The notes under the pieces: generated by a model
Databases searched by the model: none
The model's input: the letters and a program-made list of their open reading frames with translations, nothing else
What the model was told of the DNA's origin: nothing
Shown: positions 6,096-14,230 of the stretch, in pieces
Layout: every line of letters begins with the position of its first letter
Numbering within the stretch: position 1 is the first letter of the stretch
Position numbers and translations under genes: made by a program
IMG/VR virus record: IMGVR_UViG_3300032293_000679
Reading direction: 5' to 3' (one strand)
Length of the DNA: 20,000 bases
Origin: an uncultured virus (IMG/VR IMGVR_UViG_3300032293_000679)
Lineage: Duplodnaviria > Heunggongvirae > Uroviricota > Caudoviricetes

Positions 6096-6545
6096 ATGAA
6101 CACTAACAAAACAGCTGAAAGATTACAAGGTAACAAATCAGCATCAAACAAAAAAGCTAATTTATTGAATGAAGTTTTAATTAACAAAGTTACATCTAAA
6201 GTAATTAGTAAGCCCTTAAAAGTTGAAACCAAAGACGGAGTAACATACGTAGCTGAAAAGACAAGCGGTAAGCAATTGCAAGCCCTAAAAATTGAAGCTA
6301 ACAGAAACCACAAAACAGAGTTACAAAGTCTTTCTTTTTGTATTTCGCAGCTAAACAAACACGGACAAGAATACTTAAAAGGCTTAAAATTAACTATTGA
6401 GCAAGTGACACCAAAAAACATTTGCCCCTTCTTGACTGAGAGCGAAAAGAAAAGACAAGCCAAGAATGGCAATAAGTTCAGCCTATGGCTTGTAGAAAAT
6501 TTAGCCAAGCGATATGCTGAGAGCCTTAAAAAGGCTAAAAAATAG
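6096..6545 (+). CDS. basic hypothetical protein, first gene of the rightward operon (149 aa)
   Basis: ATG at 6096 after A/C-rich leader CAAACAAACACAAACAAT; Lys-rich; the longer track start runs through the promoter. Confidence 0.75.
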   Translation: MNTNKTAERLQGNKSASNKKANLLNEVLINKVTSKVISKPLKVETKDGVTYVAEKTSGKQLQALKIEANRNHKTELQSLSFCISQLNKHGQEYLKGLKLTIEQVTPKNICPFLTESEKKRQAKNGNKFSLWLVENLAKRYAESLKKAKK

Positions 6546-7210
6546 GCTATAAATAGCCAATAAATAGGGCTTAAAGGCTTGAAAACTAGAGCCTTGCAAA
6601 TATCGGATATTTGCCCTATTTCAAAAGCAATCAAAATAAAAGTACTTTTTTGTATCAATTACGAAATGTAGTTAGTTTCCAAGCGAAACGCGATACACTA
6701 AAAAAAAGTATTCAATAAAATTGAGCGCTCAGTTCCTTGAAATTTAGTTCCGTCCCTTGTCTTCATTGTATGCTTTATACAATGTTTGAACGAATACAAA
6801 AAAGACAATATAAACGAGCCTATTTTGTAGGCTTGAAAATAGGCAATAAAAATAAATTAGCAACTTGTTTTATTGTCAATCCACTTCATGGGTGAAGTGA
6901 GCCGTTATGTGCAACATTGCAAACTGGACTTATTCGTTATGAATGTTGTAACTCGCAAAAGTAAACTACGAAAGTAGAGAACGGCTACCGAGTACAATTT
7001 AGACAGTCTAAATGTGTACAAGGTAAAGTGCAATTCACAATCATCTTATGTCTTCTTGTGTACCCTCAACACGCTATCAAAAAGCGTGTGTACAATCTTA
7101 TGAAAGAGTGTTTGCTTACTATGTGTACGAGATGCAAACTGAAAAAGACAGGCACAAATAAGGGAAAAGGAAAGGTATTCAGGCAGGTTCAATTCCTGCC
7201 ATCCCTTCAA
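6545..7210 (+). ncRNA. candidate large multi-domain structured ncRNA (~660 nt) with a 3' tRNA-like T-arm
   Basis: No credible ORF; contiguous hairpins and multiway junctions; boxA-like AGTTCCTTGAAAT at 6731; long-range helix 6748-6760/7158-7172; CTAC-GAAA-GTAG tetraloop; GGCAGG-TTCAATT-CCTGCC at 7182-7200. Confidence 0.7.
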
Positions 7211-7233
7211 ACAAACCAACAAATATAAAACAT

Positions 7234-7398
7234 ATGAAAAGAGTATTAAATGTAGTGCTAGCCTCACTTATTGCGCTAGCTTTTATGTCAGCCGTGACAA
7301 TTTTAACAGGTGAAAACTCAGCACAGCAAATGTTCAGCTTTGCAATCTGCTTCACCTCAACAGCGTTATTCTATATCCTAGTGCCTAAAACCAAGTAA
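7234..7398 (+). CDS. small membrane protein (54 aa, 2 TM; not in ORF track)
   Basis: MKRVLNVVLASLIALAFMSAVTILTGENSAQQMFSFAICFTSTALFYILVPKTK, A-rich leader. Confidence 0.7.
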   Translation: MKRVLNVVLASLIALAFMSAVTILTGENSAQQMFSFAICFTSTALFYILVPKTK

Positions 7399-7404
7399 AA
7401 ACAT

Positions 7405-7476
7405 ATGGAAAACACAGACGAAATCTATTCAAACCTTGTAGGCGAGGTTGAAATTCCAAAGCAAACTAAAAAGTAA
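7405..7476 (+). CDS. possible 23-aa peptide
   Basis: MENTDEIYSNLVGEVEIPKQTKK fills the gap exactly, with AAACAT leader. Confidence 0.4.
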   Translation: MENTDEIYSNLVGEVEIPKQTKK

Positions 7477-7482
7477 AAACAC

Positions 7483-7611
7483 ATGAAAAAAGAAGAAAGA
7501 ATATTGTTGCTAGTGCTATGCGCTTGCATCATTGGTTTATACCTGCACATATGGTTGTGCCTGCCCTTATTGTTAGGTGCAATATCAATATACATATTTT
7601 CTAAAATATAA
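7483..7611 (+). CDS. small membrane protein (42 aa; not in ORF track)
   Basis: MKKEERILLLVLCACIIGLYLHIWLCLPLLLGAISIYIFSKI. Confidence 0.6.
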   Translation: MKKEERILLLVLCACIIGLYLHIWLCLPLLLGAISIYIFSKI

Positions 7612-7626
7612 AAACCAATAAACATC

Positions 7627-8916
7627 ATGGAAACAAAAGAGATGCTAGAAAAATTTACTTTCAGCAAAATTAGAAAGGTTATCTTGCTATCAAGAGACAG
7701 AAAGTTTGACTACAAAGCATTGCTTGAAAAGATTGTTGATGATAACCTAGACATTGACAATGTAATTGTAAGTATTGGCGACCACTATTGTACTGCTGAT
7801 GAAATTATCAGTGACGATGTATTTTGTCATGAAGGGTACTACTACAGTAATGATGACTATGTTATTACAGATGATACAGCCAATGCCATACACATAGATG
7901 ATGCGCACTTCTGTCAGAGAACAGAAACATACAGAGAGAACGAGACTGTTGTTGTGCATATTGGTAGGCATACAGAACAGTGGAATGAGGATGATGCGGA
8001 GTTAAACTTGCATAGGTTTGAAGGCGAATACTATGACCACGATGCACTTGACCGCAATAACCTAGTAGTCATGTATAACGGTGTAGTTGAATATCATGAT
8101 GATGTGTACTATTGGGAGTCAGATGGCGAGTACCACTATGACTCAGAAGAAGATGATGAAGAAGAGTATGTAAGAGATTATCACTACAGTGGGTACTCAG
8201 ATTCAAACCCTTCTGTATATTTCACAGACAACCCGACAAGATTCATTGGCTTTGAGATTGAGAAGGAAGACAGAGGTGTTAAGGAGAGTATGTTTATAAG
8301 TGACTTTGAATACGCTTGTCCTAAGTGGAAGAAAGAAAGAGATGGCAGTCTTGATGGTAGCACTGGCTTTGAATTGATAAGCCCTAAGTTTGAACTCATA
8401 CCAAGCGAGATTAAAAATCATATTGAAAGCAATGCCACACTATTGCACCATGTGAATGCTAGTAAGTCCAACGCTTGTGGTGGTCATATCAATGTCAGTG
8501 AGTTTGGTATGAGTGGCGAAGAATTGTTTGACAGTATCAAGGGGTACACACCTCTATTCTATGCCCTATACTACAAGCGAGTTGACAAGAACTATTGCAA
8601 GGGTAAAAAGAATGATGACCTCAAGGGGGATAACGAAAAGTATCAAGCAATACGCATCCACTCAAACAGAATAGAGTTCCGTATCGTAAGTGCAGTACCT
8701 AACTTGTCAACTTTAGTATGGCGTTCAAGACTTATTGAATACATACTCAACAATAAGACAGACAATATAAGAGATGCTTTCTTCAATGTCAATACAAGCC
8801 CTCTCAAAGACTTATTGCTTGAGATGTACCCTAACAACTTCAACGAACTTGTTGACAGACTAGCAGAGTTCTCTCTAAAATTTGAAAACATTGACTTAAA
8901 CAATAACAACAACTAA
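7627..8916 (+). CDS. putative amidoligase (COOH-NH2 ligase, Amidoligase_2-like) with an acidic His/Tyr-rich N-terminal region
   Basis: GFEIEKE, DGSL..GFELISP, CGGHINVS, KYQAI and IEFR motifs of the glutamine-synthetase-like amidoligase fold. Confidence 0.85.
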   Translation: METKEMLEKFTFSKIRKVILLSRDRKFDYKALLEKIVDDNLDIDNVIVSIGDHYCTADEIISDDVFCHEGYYYSNDDYVITDDTANAIHIDDAHFCQRTETYRENETVVVHIGRHTEQWNEDDAELNLHRFEGEYYDHDALDRNNLVVMYNGVVEYHDDVYYWESDGEYHYDSEEDDEEEYVRDYHYSGYSDSNPSVYFTDNPTRFIGFEIEKEDRGVKESMFISDFEYACPKWKKERDGSLDGSTGFELISPKFELIPSEIKNHIESNATLLHHVNASKSNACGGHINVSEFGMSGEELFDSIKGYTPLFYALYYKRVDKNYCKGKKNDDLKGDNEKYQAIRIHSNRIEFRIVSAVPNLSTLVWRSRLIEYILNNKTDNIRDAFFNVNTSPLKDLLLEMYPNNFNELVDRLAEFSLKFENIDLNNNNN

Positions 8917-8940
8917 CAATATTAAAACAACAGCAAAACT

Positions 8941-9837
8941 ATGTGTATCGCAATCTTAAACTCAACAACAACTCTATCAAAAGAGCATTTAGAAAATTCA
9001 TGGGACAACAACAATCAAGGTGCAGGCTTATTGTATAACATCAATGGTAAGCTAACCGTATTCAAAACATACGACAAGAAACAGTTTATCAATGAGTACT
9101 ACAAGATTCGTGCAGCTATCAAGGGTAAGATTGTATTGCACTTTCGTATTGCAACATCAGGCTTTGAGAAGTACACAAACTTACATCCTTTCTTAGTCAA
9201 CCAAGACTTAGGCTTCGTGCATAACGGTATCATATCGGGCTTAGGTAATCAGCAACATAGCGACACATACCACTTCAATGAGATGCTCAAAGGTTTCAAG
9301 CACGACTTTATTAACTGCGATATGACAAAGTTATTTATTGCAGATTATATTGGCTCAAGCAAGTTGGTCTTTCTTGATAGCAATGACAATGCTACTATCA
9401 TCAACGAAGACAAGGGTCATTGGGATGGCGACAATTGGTTCAGTAATGACAGCTACAAATCATACTCTGAGTATCTGTACTATGGTAATCAGAAGGTAAG
9501 CAGAGGTAAGAGTAGCTTTACAAAAGATTGGTCAACAGATTTTGAAGACTTATTCCCTGAGCCAGAATGGAAGGAAGAGTACGATATGGGTGGAAGTTTT
9601 ACTGAGATTCTTGATGAAGATGAGTTCAACCAGTATATCAGTAACTTTAGAAATGTGACCGAAAATACTGTATCAAATCTTGAAATCATAATCGGTTGCA
9701 GTAGGTATTCATCAGAGTTTTACGAAGAGATTGAAAACGCAGCGTTTGAGGCAGACACTCTTGACCTCAACAAAATATACAGTCACATATCAAAGGTCAT
9801 TGCAGTTAGCTACAAATCAAAACCAGCATACAATTAA
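8941..9837 (+). CDS. class II (Ntn) glutamine amidotransferase
   Basis: N-terminal Met-Cys nucleophile, GAG, HFRIATSG, NLHPF, HNGII and SDT motifs; acidic C-terminal extension. Confidence 0.9.
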   Translation: MCIAILNSTTTLSKEHLENSWDNNNQGAGLLYNINGKLTVFKTYDKKQFINEYYKIRAAIKGKIVLHFRIATSGFEKYTNLHPFLVNQDLGFVHNGIISGLGNQQHSDTYHFNEMLKGFKHDFINCDMTKLFIADYIGSSKLVFLDSNDNATIINEDKGHWDGDNWFSNDSYKSYSEYLYYGNQKVSRGKSSFTKDWSTDFEDLFPEPEWKEEYDMGGSFTEILDEDEFNQYISNFRNVTENTVSNLEIIIGCSRYSSEFYEEIENAAFEADTLDLNKIYSHISKVIAVSYKSKPAYN

Positions 9838-9848
9838 TCAAAAACACT

Positions 9849-10124
9849 ATGTATAAATGTGAATGTGGCAGTCTATTTGACAAGCCAAAAACAATCTATT
9901 GGGAAGATGAGCAATGGGATGAATGCCCACAATGTAAAGCAACTAACTACAGCGAGGTTGTTGTTATGAAAGTAAATATATCAAATGCATCTGCTGAGGA
10001 TATATCATACAACCAAATGATGGAAGAGGTTACAAATGTTTGGACTACAGAGTATGTAGTCAACACAATCAAGGAAGGACACGCAATTTTTACAAAAGAT
10101 TATTTATATAAAATAGCACCATGA
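9849..10124 (+). CDS. Zn-ribbon hypothetical protein
   Basis: CECG ... CPQC pairs. Confidence 0.7.
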   Translation: MYKCECGSLFDKPKTIYWEDEQWDECPQCKATNYSEVVVMKVNISNASAEDISYNQMMEEVTNVWTTEYVVNTIKEGHAIFTKDYLYKIAP

Positions 10125-10339
10125 AAAACAAAATGAATTTAGAAAGTGTAGAAAAGTACACGAAAGCCATTGTAACAATTGAGTACAATGAAGAAAGCTA
10201 CGAGGTTTGCATACAAGAAAACTTCAACGGAAACCATGACATTGAGGTATTAAACCTTGAAACAAATGACTGCGTAGATGATGATGTTTTTGAGCAGCAG
10301 CTTATTGACTTTGCATATGAATGTATTAATAATAAATAA
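10121..10339 (+). CDS. small acidic hypothetical protein
   Basis: 72 aa, ATGA overlap with the upstream gene. Confidence 0.7.
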   Translation: MKNKMNLESVEKYTKAIVTIEYNEESYEVCIQENFNGNHDIEVLNLETNDCVDDDVFEQQLIDFAYECINNK

Positions 10340-10357
10340 AACACAAACAATAAAACT

Positions 10358-10894
10358 ATGATTACCAACAACCAAAAATTAATCATTGATCAAATCATTA
10401 GCGAGTTTGAGAAAATGAACAAACAATCAAAGACAAGTGGTAACAAGTACTTTGATTTCATCAAGCAAGAAACCGATGCATTCAACAAGCAATTGGAGGA
10501 GAGAAGAATCAGCACTTATGCCTACAACCAAGCCAATATTGAATTGATGGAGCAATTTGTAGATAAAGTTGAGACAATTGTTGAATTGCTTGGTGGTGAA
10601 TGGGCATTAAAAGTTATGATGAATCATCACAAAGGTTATACAGATTTTTGTGAGGTTACAATTGAATCTCCTTATGCAGACAATTGCAGAGCATATGGCA
10701 ATCAAGATGTATCTTTAAAAATGGAGGTATTTCAAGGTAGGAGTTCAAATTCAGAGTATTACCTAACTAAAAGTGGTATAAGTTATTACAAAGGCACTGA
10801 CTATTCTAGCAAAAATCCTATTGCCAATCAAGAAGAGGCATTGCAATATATATCCGAAGAGATTGTAAGATTAATCAAAATAAATACTAAATAA
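10358..10894 (+). CDS. hypothetical protein
   Basis: 178 aa ORF with A-rich leader. Confidence 0.8.
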   Translation: MITNNQKLIIDQIISEFEKMNKQSKTSGNKYFDFIKQETDAFNKQLEERRISTYAYNQANIELMEQFVDKVETIVELLGGEWALKVMMNHHKGYTDFCEVTIESPYADNCRAYGNQDVSLKMEVFQGRSSNSEYYLTKSGISYYKGTDYSSKNPIANQEEALQYISEEIVRLIKINTK

Positions 10895-10902
10895 TAAAAC
10901 GC

Positions 10903-11130
10903 ATGAAAAAACAATTAGAACATCTGAACTCCCAAACATGGGTAAGACCAGAAGACTTCTATTCAATGAGAATTGAAGCAGATTCAATTACATTACAAGG
11001 AGCGTATGTAACATACAATTTAGTACACTACAAGCTAATGCTTCAAATTGATTTTAAGGTAGACGATGCTGGCTTCACAGTAGGTATCGCATGGGTAGAT
11101 GGATTTAAATACAGAATAGTATTCTCATAA
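10903..11130 (+). CDS. hypothetical protein
   Basis: 75 aa ORF in operon. Confidence 0.75.
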   Translation: MKKQLEHLNSQTWVRPEDFYSMRIEADSITLQGAYVTYNLVHYKLMLQIDFKVDDAGFTVGIAWVDGFKYRIVFS

Positions 11131-11142
11131 ACAATAAAACAC

Positions 11143-11613
11143 ATGAAAACAACACACTATGTAATGATTGCCCACGAGTTAAGTGGTGACAGCGAACTCT
11201 TCTTCTATCATACAGAAGAGGAAGCAGAAAACAAGCTGAAAGAATTTCTATCAGGCATCAAAGATTTGTTTGACCTTGAAGTTGATGTAGAAGAAGAAAA
11301 GCTTTACAAGAGTATGTACATCAACGATGTGCCAGAGTATGACTATTGCAGTGTGTATGTAGAGGTAGGCGTAATCGTTGCCGAAGATACACATGACTAC
11401 TACTTTGCAAACTTTGCACCAAGTATCTACGAGTCAAGTGTCAAGACAGATACAAAGGAGAATGTACTTGCAGAGGTCAAGAGATGGGAAGAAGACTACG
11501 ACCAATTTGAGAAGGAGGTAACAGAGTCAGAGAATGTAATACAAATACACTTTGACCTCAGATTCATGAATGCAATAGATACAATCAGAGCAGGTAAAAT
11601 AATAACAATATAA
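11143..11613 (+). CDS. acidic hypothetical protein
   Basis: 156 aa, Glu/Asp-rich. Confidence 0.8.
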   Translation: MKTTHYVMIAHELSGDSELFFYHTEEEAENKLKEFLSGIKDLFDLEVDVEEEKLYKSMYINDVPEYDYCSVYVEVGVIVAEDTHDYYFANFAPSIYESSVKTDTKENVLAEVKRWEEDYDQFEKEVTESENVIQIHFDLRFMNAIDTIRAGKIITI

Positions 11614-11633
11614 CAATTAAAAACAATAAACAC

Positions 11634-12509
11634 ATGAAAACATTTCAAGAAAAAACATTTGACTTATTAGAAAGCACAGGTCTTAATTGGTCAGTAAGAA
11701 AAGATTCTTTAGTATCTTTAGACGGTCACGCAACTGAGTCATTCGGTATATTCCGTAACGACTCAAACAAATGGCTAGGCACAGTAGGTAATCGCTACGA
11801 GCCTATGCAGAACTCAACACTTGCCGAGACAATCATTCAAGCTACAGACCATATCAACCTTGATACACAGAAGGGTGGTATGTTTGATGGTGGTAAGAAA
11901 GTATATCTCCAAGCAATGTTGCCTGATGAGTACATAGGTAACTCTGGTGTACAGCGTTGCATCACAGCAGTCAACAGCCATGATGGTTCAACATCAATAG
12001 GCTTCGGCTCATCGTCAACCGTTATCGTATGCAAGAATACATTCTACAAAGCTTTCAAGACTCTTGACAAGTTCAGACATACAGCATCAGCAGAGGAAAG
12101 GCTAAGGGTTGCAATGCTTGAATTAAAAGAAGCACTCAAGCTTGATCAAGACCTTATGGACAACTTCAAGCGTATGGCTGATGCACCACTAAAAGAAGAT
12201 ATGATAGAGGGCGTCATTCGTAAGATGTTTGCAATAGATGTAAAGAATGACAAGACAAGCACACGCAAGGCTAACCAAGTGACTGCCTTTGCTGATAGCC
12301 TTAGAACTGAGGTTACTACACACGGCTCTACACTATGGGCATTGTTCAATGGCGTGACAAGGTATACCAACCATATCGCTGCACCAAGAGATAAGAAAGA
12401 AGAATATGTAACCGTAGGCACAGGGTATAAGACTAACCTTATGGCTTACGATGAATGTATGAAGTGGCTTGAAAGTAATACTGCAAGCTTCCACTTTATA
12501 AATAGATAG
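11634..12509 (+). CDS. DUF932-family phage/plasmid protein
   Basis: GLNWSV, LGTVGNRYEPMQN, GGKKVYLQ, NSHDGS, IVCKNT and TLWALFNGVT.Y motifs. Confidence 0.9.
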   Translation: MKTFQEKTFDLLESTGLNWSVRKDSLVSLDGHATESFGIFRNDSNKWLGTVGNRYEPMQNSTLAETIIQATDHINLDTQKGGMFDGGKKVYLQAMLPDEYIGNSGVQRCITAVNSHDGSTSIGFGSSSTVIVCKNTFYKAFKTLDKFRHTASAEERLRVAMLELKEALKLDQDLMDNFKRMADAPLKEDMIEGVIRKMFAIDVKNDKTSTRKANQVTAFADSLRTEVTTHGSTLWALFNGVTRYTNHIAAPRDKKEEYVTVGTGYKTNLMAYDECMKWLESNTASFHFINR

Positions 12510-12535
12510 TTTGTTCGTTTGTTTGTTACCTATAT

Positions 12536-12561
12536 GTAGCAGGGGGTTGTTTCCCTGCTAC
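12536..12561. terminator. GC-rich hairpin after the DUF932 gene (putative terminator)
   Basis: GTAGCAGGG-GGTTGTTT-CCCTGCTAC 9-bp stem; no clear U-tract directly after it. Confidence 0.5.
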
Positions 12562-12599
12562 CTCTGTAGGTTGTTCACAATCATCTCTTTCTTTCTGCA

Positions 12600-12654
12600 A
12601 ATCAATCACTTACAATTTAAATTTGCTTTTTAATTTTAAATAATATTATTTTTG
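12600..12654 (+). promoter_or_regulatory. Bacteroidota sigma-A promoter with an upstream IHF-consensus site
   Basis: AATCAATCACTTA (12600-12612), TTTG (12622-12625), 21-nt spacer, TATTTTTG (12647-12654), ATG at 12660. Confidence 0.65.
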
Positions 12655-12659
12655 TCAAC

Positions 12660-12893
12660 ATGAACGCACTTAGACGCACCAAAAAATATTTAGTCCTAAA
12701 AATAGATAACTACAACCATGTAGTTAGAGACAGAGAGTCAGGCAAGTTGTCTCCAATCTTCTCAAAAGATACTGAGCTATACAAGTTCATCAGATACTAT
12801 TCAAAGTCATCAGCCAAAGAAGTAAACGCAATATGCGATGTGATGTTTATGACTAACGAAACCGATTTACAAACCATCAAACAATTATTATAA
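12660..12893 (+). CDS. hypothetical protein
   Basis: 77 aa, starts 5 nt after the -7 box (probably leaderless). Confidence 0.7.
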   Translation: MNALRRTKKYLVLKIDNYNHVVRDRESGKLSPIFSKDTELYKFIRYYSKSSAKEVNAICDVMFMTNETDLQTIKQLL

Positions 12894-12894
12894 C

Positions 12895-13080
12895 ATGATC
12901 AAATCTAAAATCACCTTCTGCGAACATTTACATCAAAAAGTAGGAGACCCTATTTGGGTGTTCGTTGCCGTTGAGGACTTACAAAACATCCCAATGGAGA
13001 GACAAGCTGAAATCTCAAATCTTGTAGCTCAGTTTGAAAAAGACATTAAACAAATTGTAAACCCAGAATCAAATGACTGA
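12895..13080 (+). CDS. hypothetical protein
   Basis: 61 aa, packed operon. Confidence 0.7.
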   Translation: MIKSKITFCEHLHQKVGDPIWVFVAVEDLQNIPMERQAEISNLVAQFEKDIKQIVNPESND

Positions 13081-13243
13081 TAAAGAAACAATCTTACAGC
13101 TACAGAACAAGGTTCATGAGCTTAACGAACATAATCAATCTCTTATGCACTCAGTGTCTGTATATCAGAAGCAGATTGATTCGCTAAAGGCTGACTTACA
13201 ATACTACCAAGAAATAACATCTAAAATGATAGGAGGCAAATAA
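13073..13243 (+). CDS. small coiled-coil protein (56 aa; not in ORF track)
   Basis: MTDKETILQLQNKVHELNEHNQSLMHSVSVYQKQIDSLKADLQYYQEITSKMIGGK. Confidence 0.65.
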   Translation: MTDKETILQLQNKVHELNEHNQSLMHSVSVYQKQIDSLKADLQYYQEITSKMIGGK

Positions 13244-13244
13244 T

Positions 13245-13424
13245 ATGAAAGACACAGACATCAGATTCCTTGACAAGCTAATCTCAGACAGATTTTACGG
13301 TCAACAAAACCAAGAGTTAGAAGATGAAAGCTTAGTAAGAATTGCACTACACCTATCATTGCCATCTGCCGATGATATGCTAGTTTCATTCGCATTCACA
13401 TACAAAAGAAACCCAGAGTTATAA
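13245..13424 (+). CDS. hypothetical protein (59 aa; not in ORF track)
   Basis: MKDTDIRFLDKLISDRFYG...YKRNPEL; TAATG overlap with the next gene. Confidence 0.65.
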   Translation: MKDTDIRFLDKLISDRFYGQQNQELEDESLVRIALHLSLPSADDMLVSFAFTYKRNPEL

Positions 13425-13756
13425 TGAAAACACTAGAAGAGATTGACAATCAAATCGTAGAAGTCTTATCAAGCACTAAGCCTGATGAGACAGCTAAGAA
13501 CAGGGCAAGAAAGAACTTAGAGTTCCTCAGAACCTGCAAGAAGTATCTTGAGACAAACCCTTCAGAAGAGTTCATCATAAAAGAGCTTGACTCATTAAAC
13601 AAAAAGCATGAGTACTTAGACGATGCTTACGAAGATTATGTAAGGAACAATGCTGACTACATAAATAGTCCTAACCCTCTTGAGAAGTACAAGAAAGAAA
13701 TGAATTTCTCACAACTAATGTTACAAATCAAAACACTTAATTTCTTATTATCATGA
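13424..13756 (+). CDS. hypothetical helical protein
   Basis: 110 aa, overlaps both neighbours. Confidence 0.75.
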   Translation: MKTLEEIDNQIVEVLSSTKPDETAKNRARKNLEFLRTCKKYLETNPSEEFIIKELDSLNKKHEYLDDAYEDYVRNNADYINSPNPLEKYKKEMNFSQLMLQIKTLNFLLS

Positions 13757-14226
13757 AAACACCAACAGAGTATTTGCGTGACTTCGTATCATGCACCCCG
13801 ACATCAAGAGCAGCGTTTGCAGATGATGTAATCAGTCAAGTTAACGATGGTCATACCGATCCAATCGTTGTTCTGTCAGCTATCAGAAATCTAAAGGACA
13901 TCTTGGAGATGATAGATGCAGGTATCAAGGATACTGTATTGTCTGAACTTGATAAGCATAGCGGTAAGCTTGAAGCCTACGGCATGAAGGTTGAAAGAAA
14001 AGAGGTAGGCACTAAGTATTTCTACGACAGAACCAATGACTCAATCTACAGCGGTCTTAGTAACAGGCTCAAGCAGATGGAGACTGACTTAAAAGACAGA
14101 GAGAAGTGGTTAAAGTCTATACCTGCAACAGGTATTGATATTGTTACAGAAGATGGAGAGGTAATTAAAGTAATGCCACCACTCAAAACATCTACAACTT
14201 CATTCGCAGTAACCCTTAATAAATAA
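13753..14226 (+). CDS. conserved phage protein near the recombination genes
   Basis: 157 aa; EVGTKY.Y, REKWLK and DGEV..PP.KTSTTS pattern recalled from Bacteroidota phages near annealing-protein genes. Confidence 0.75.
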   Translation: MKTPTEYLRDFVSCTPTSRAAFADDVISQVNDGHTDPIVVLSAIRNLKDILEMIDAGIKDTVLSELDKHSGKLEAYGMKVERKEVGTKYFYDRTNDSIYSGLSNRLKQMETDLKDREKWLKSIPATGIDIVTEDGEVIKVMPPLKTSTTSFAVTLNK

Positions 14227-14230
14227 AACA

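Noticed and set aside
6675..6689. GTTTC...GAAAC as a solitary CRISPR repeat (RNA anti-CRISPR)
   Set aside because: Only 15 nt, and explained as a sub-hairpin of a larger junction
6545..7210. tmRNA, RNase P RNA or group I/II intron identity for the large RNA
   Set aside because: No tmRNA 5' GGGG acceptor strand or tag ORF, no RNase P GAGGAAAGUCC motif, no interrupted gene or recognisable intron core seen by eye
6068..7267. ORFs 6068-6658 (-), 7028-7228 (+) and 7046-7267 (-)
   Set aside because: Antisense shadow of the Lys-rich gene or chance frames over the structured RNA; no typical leader
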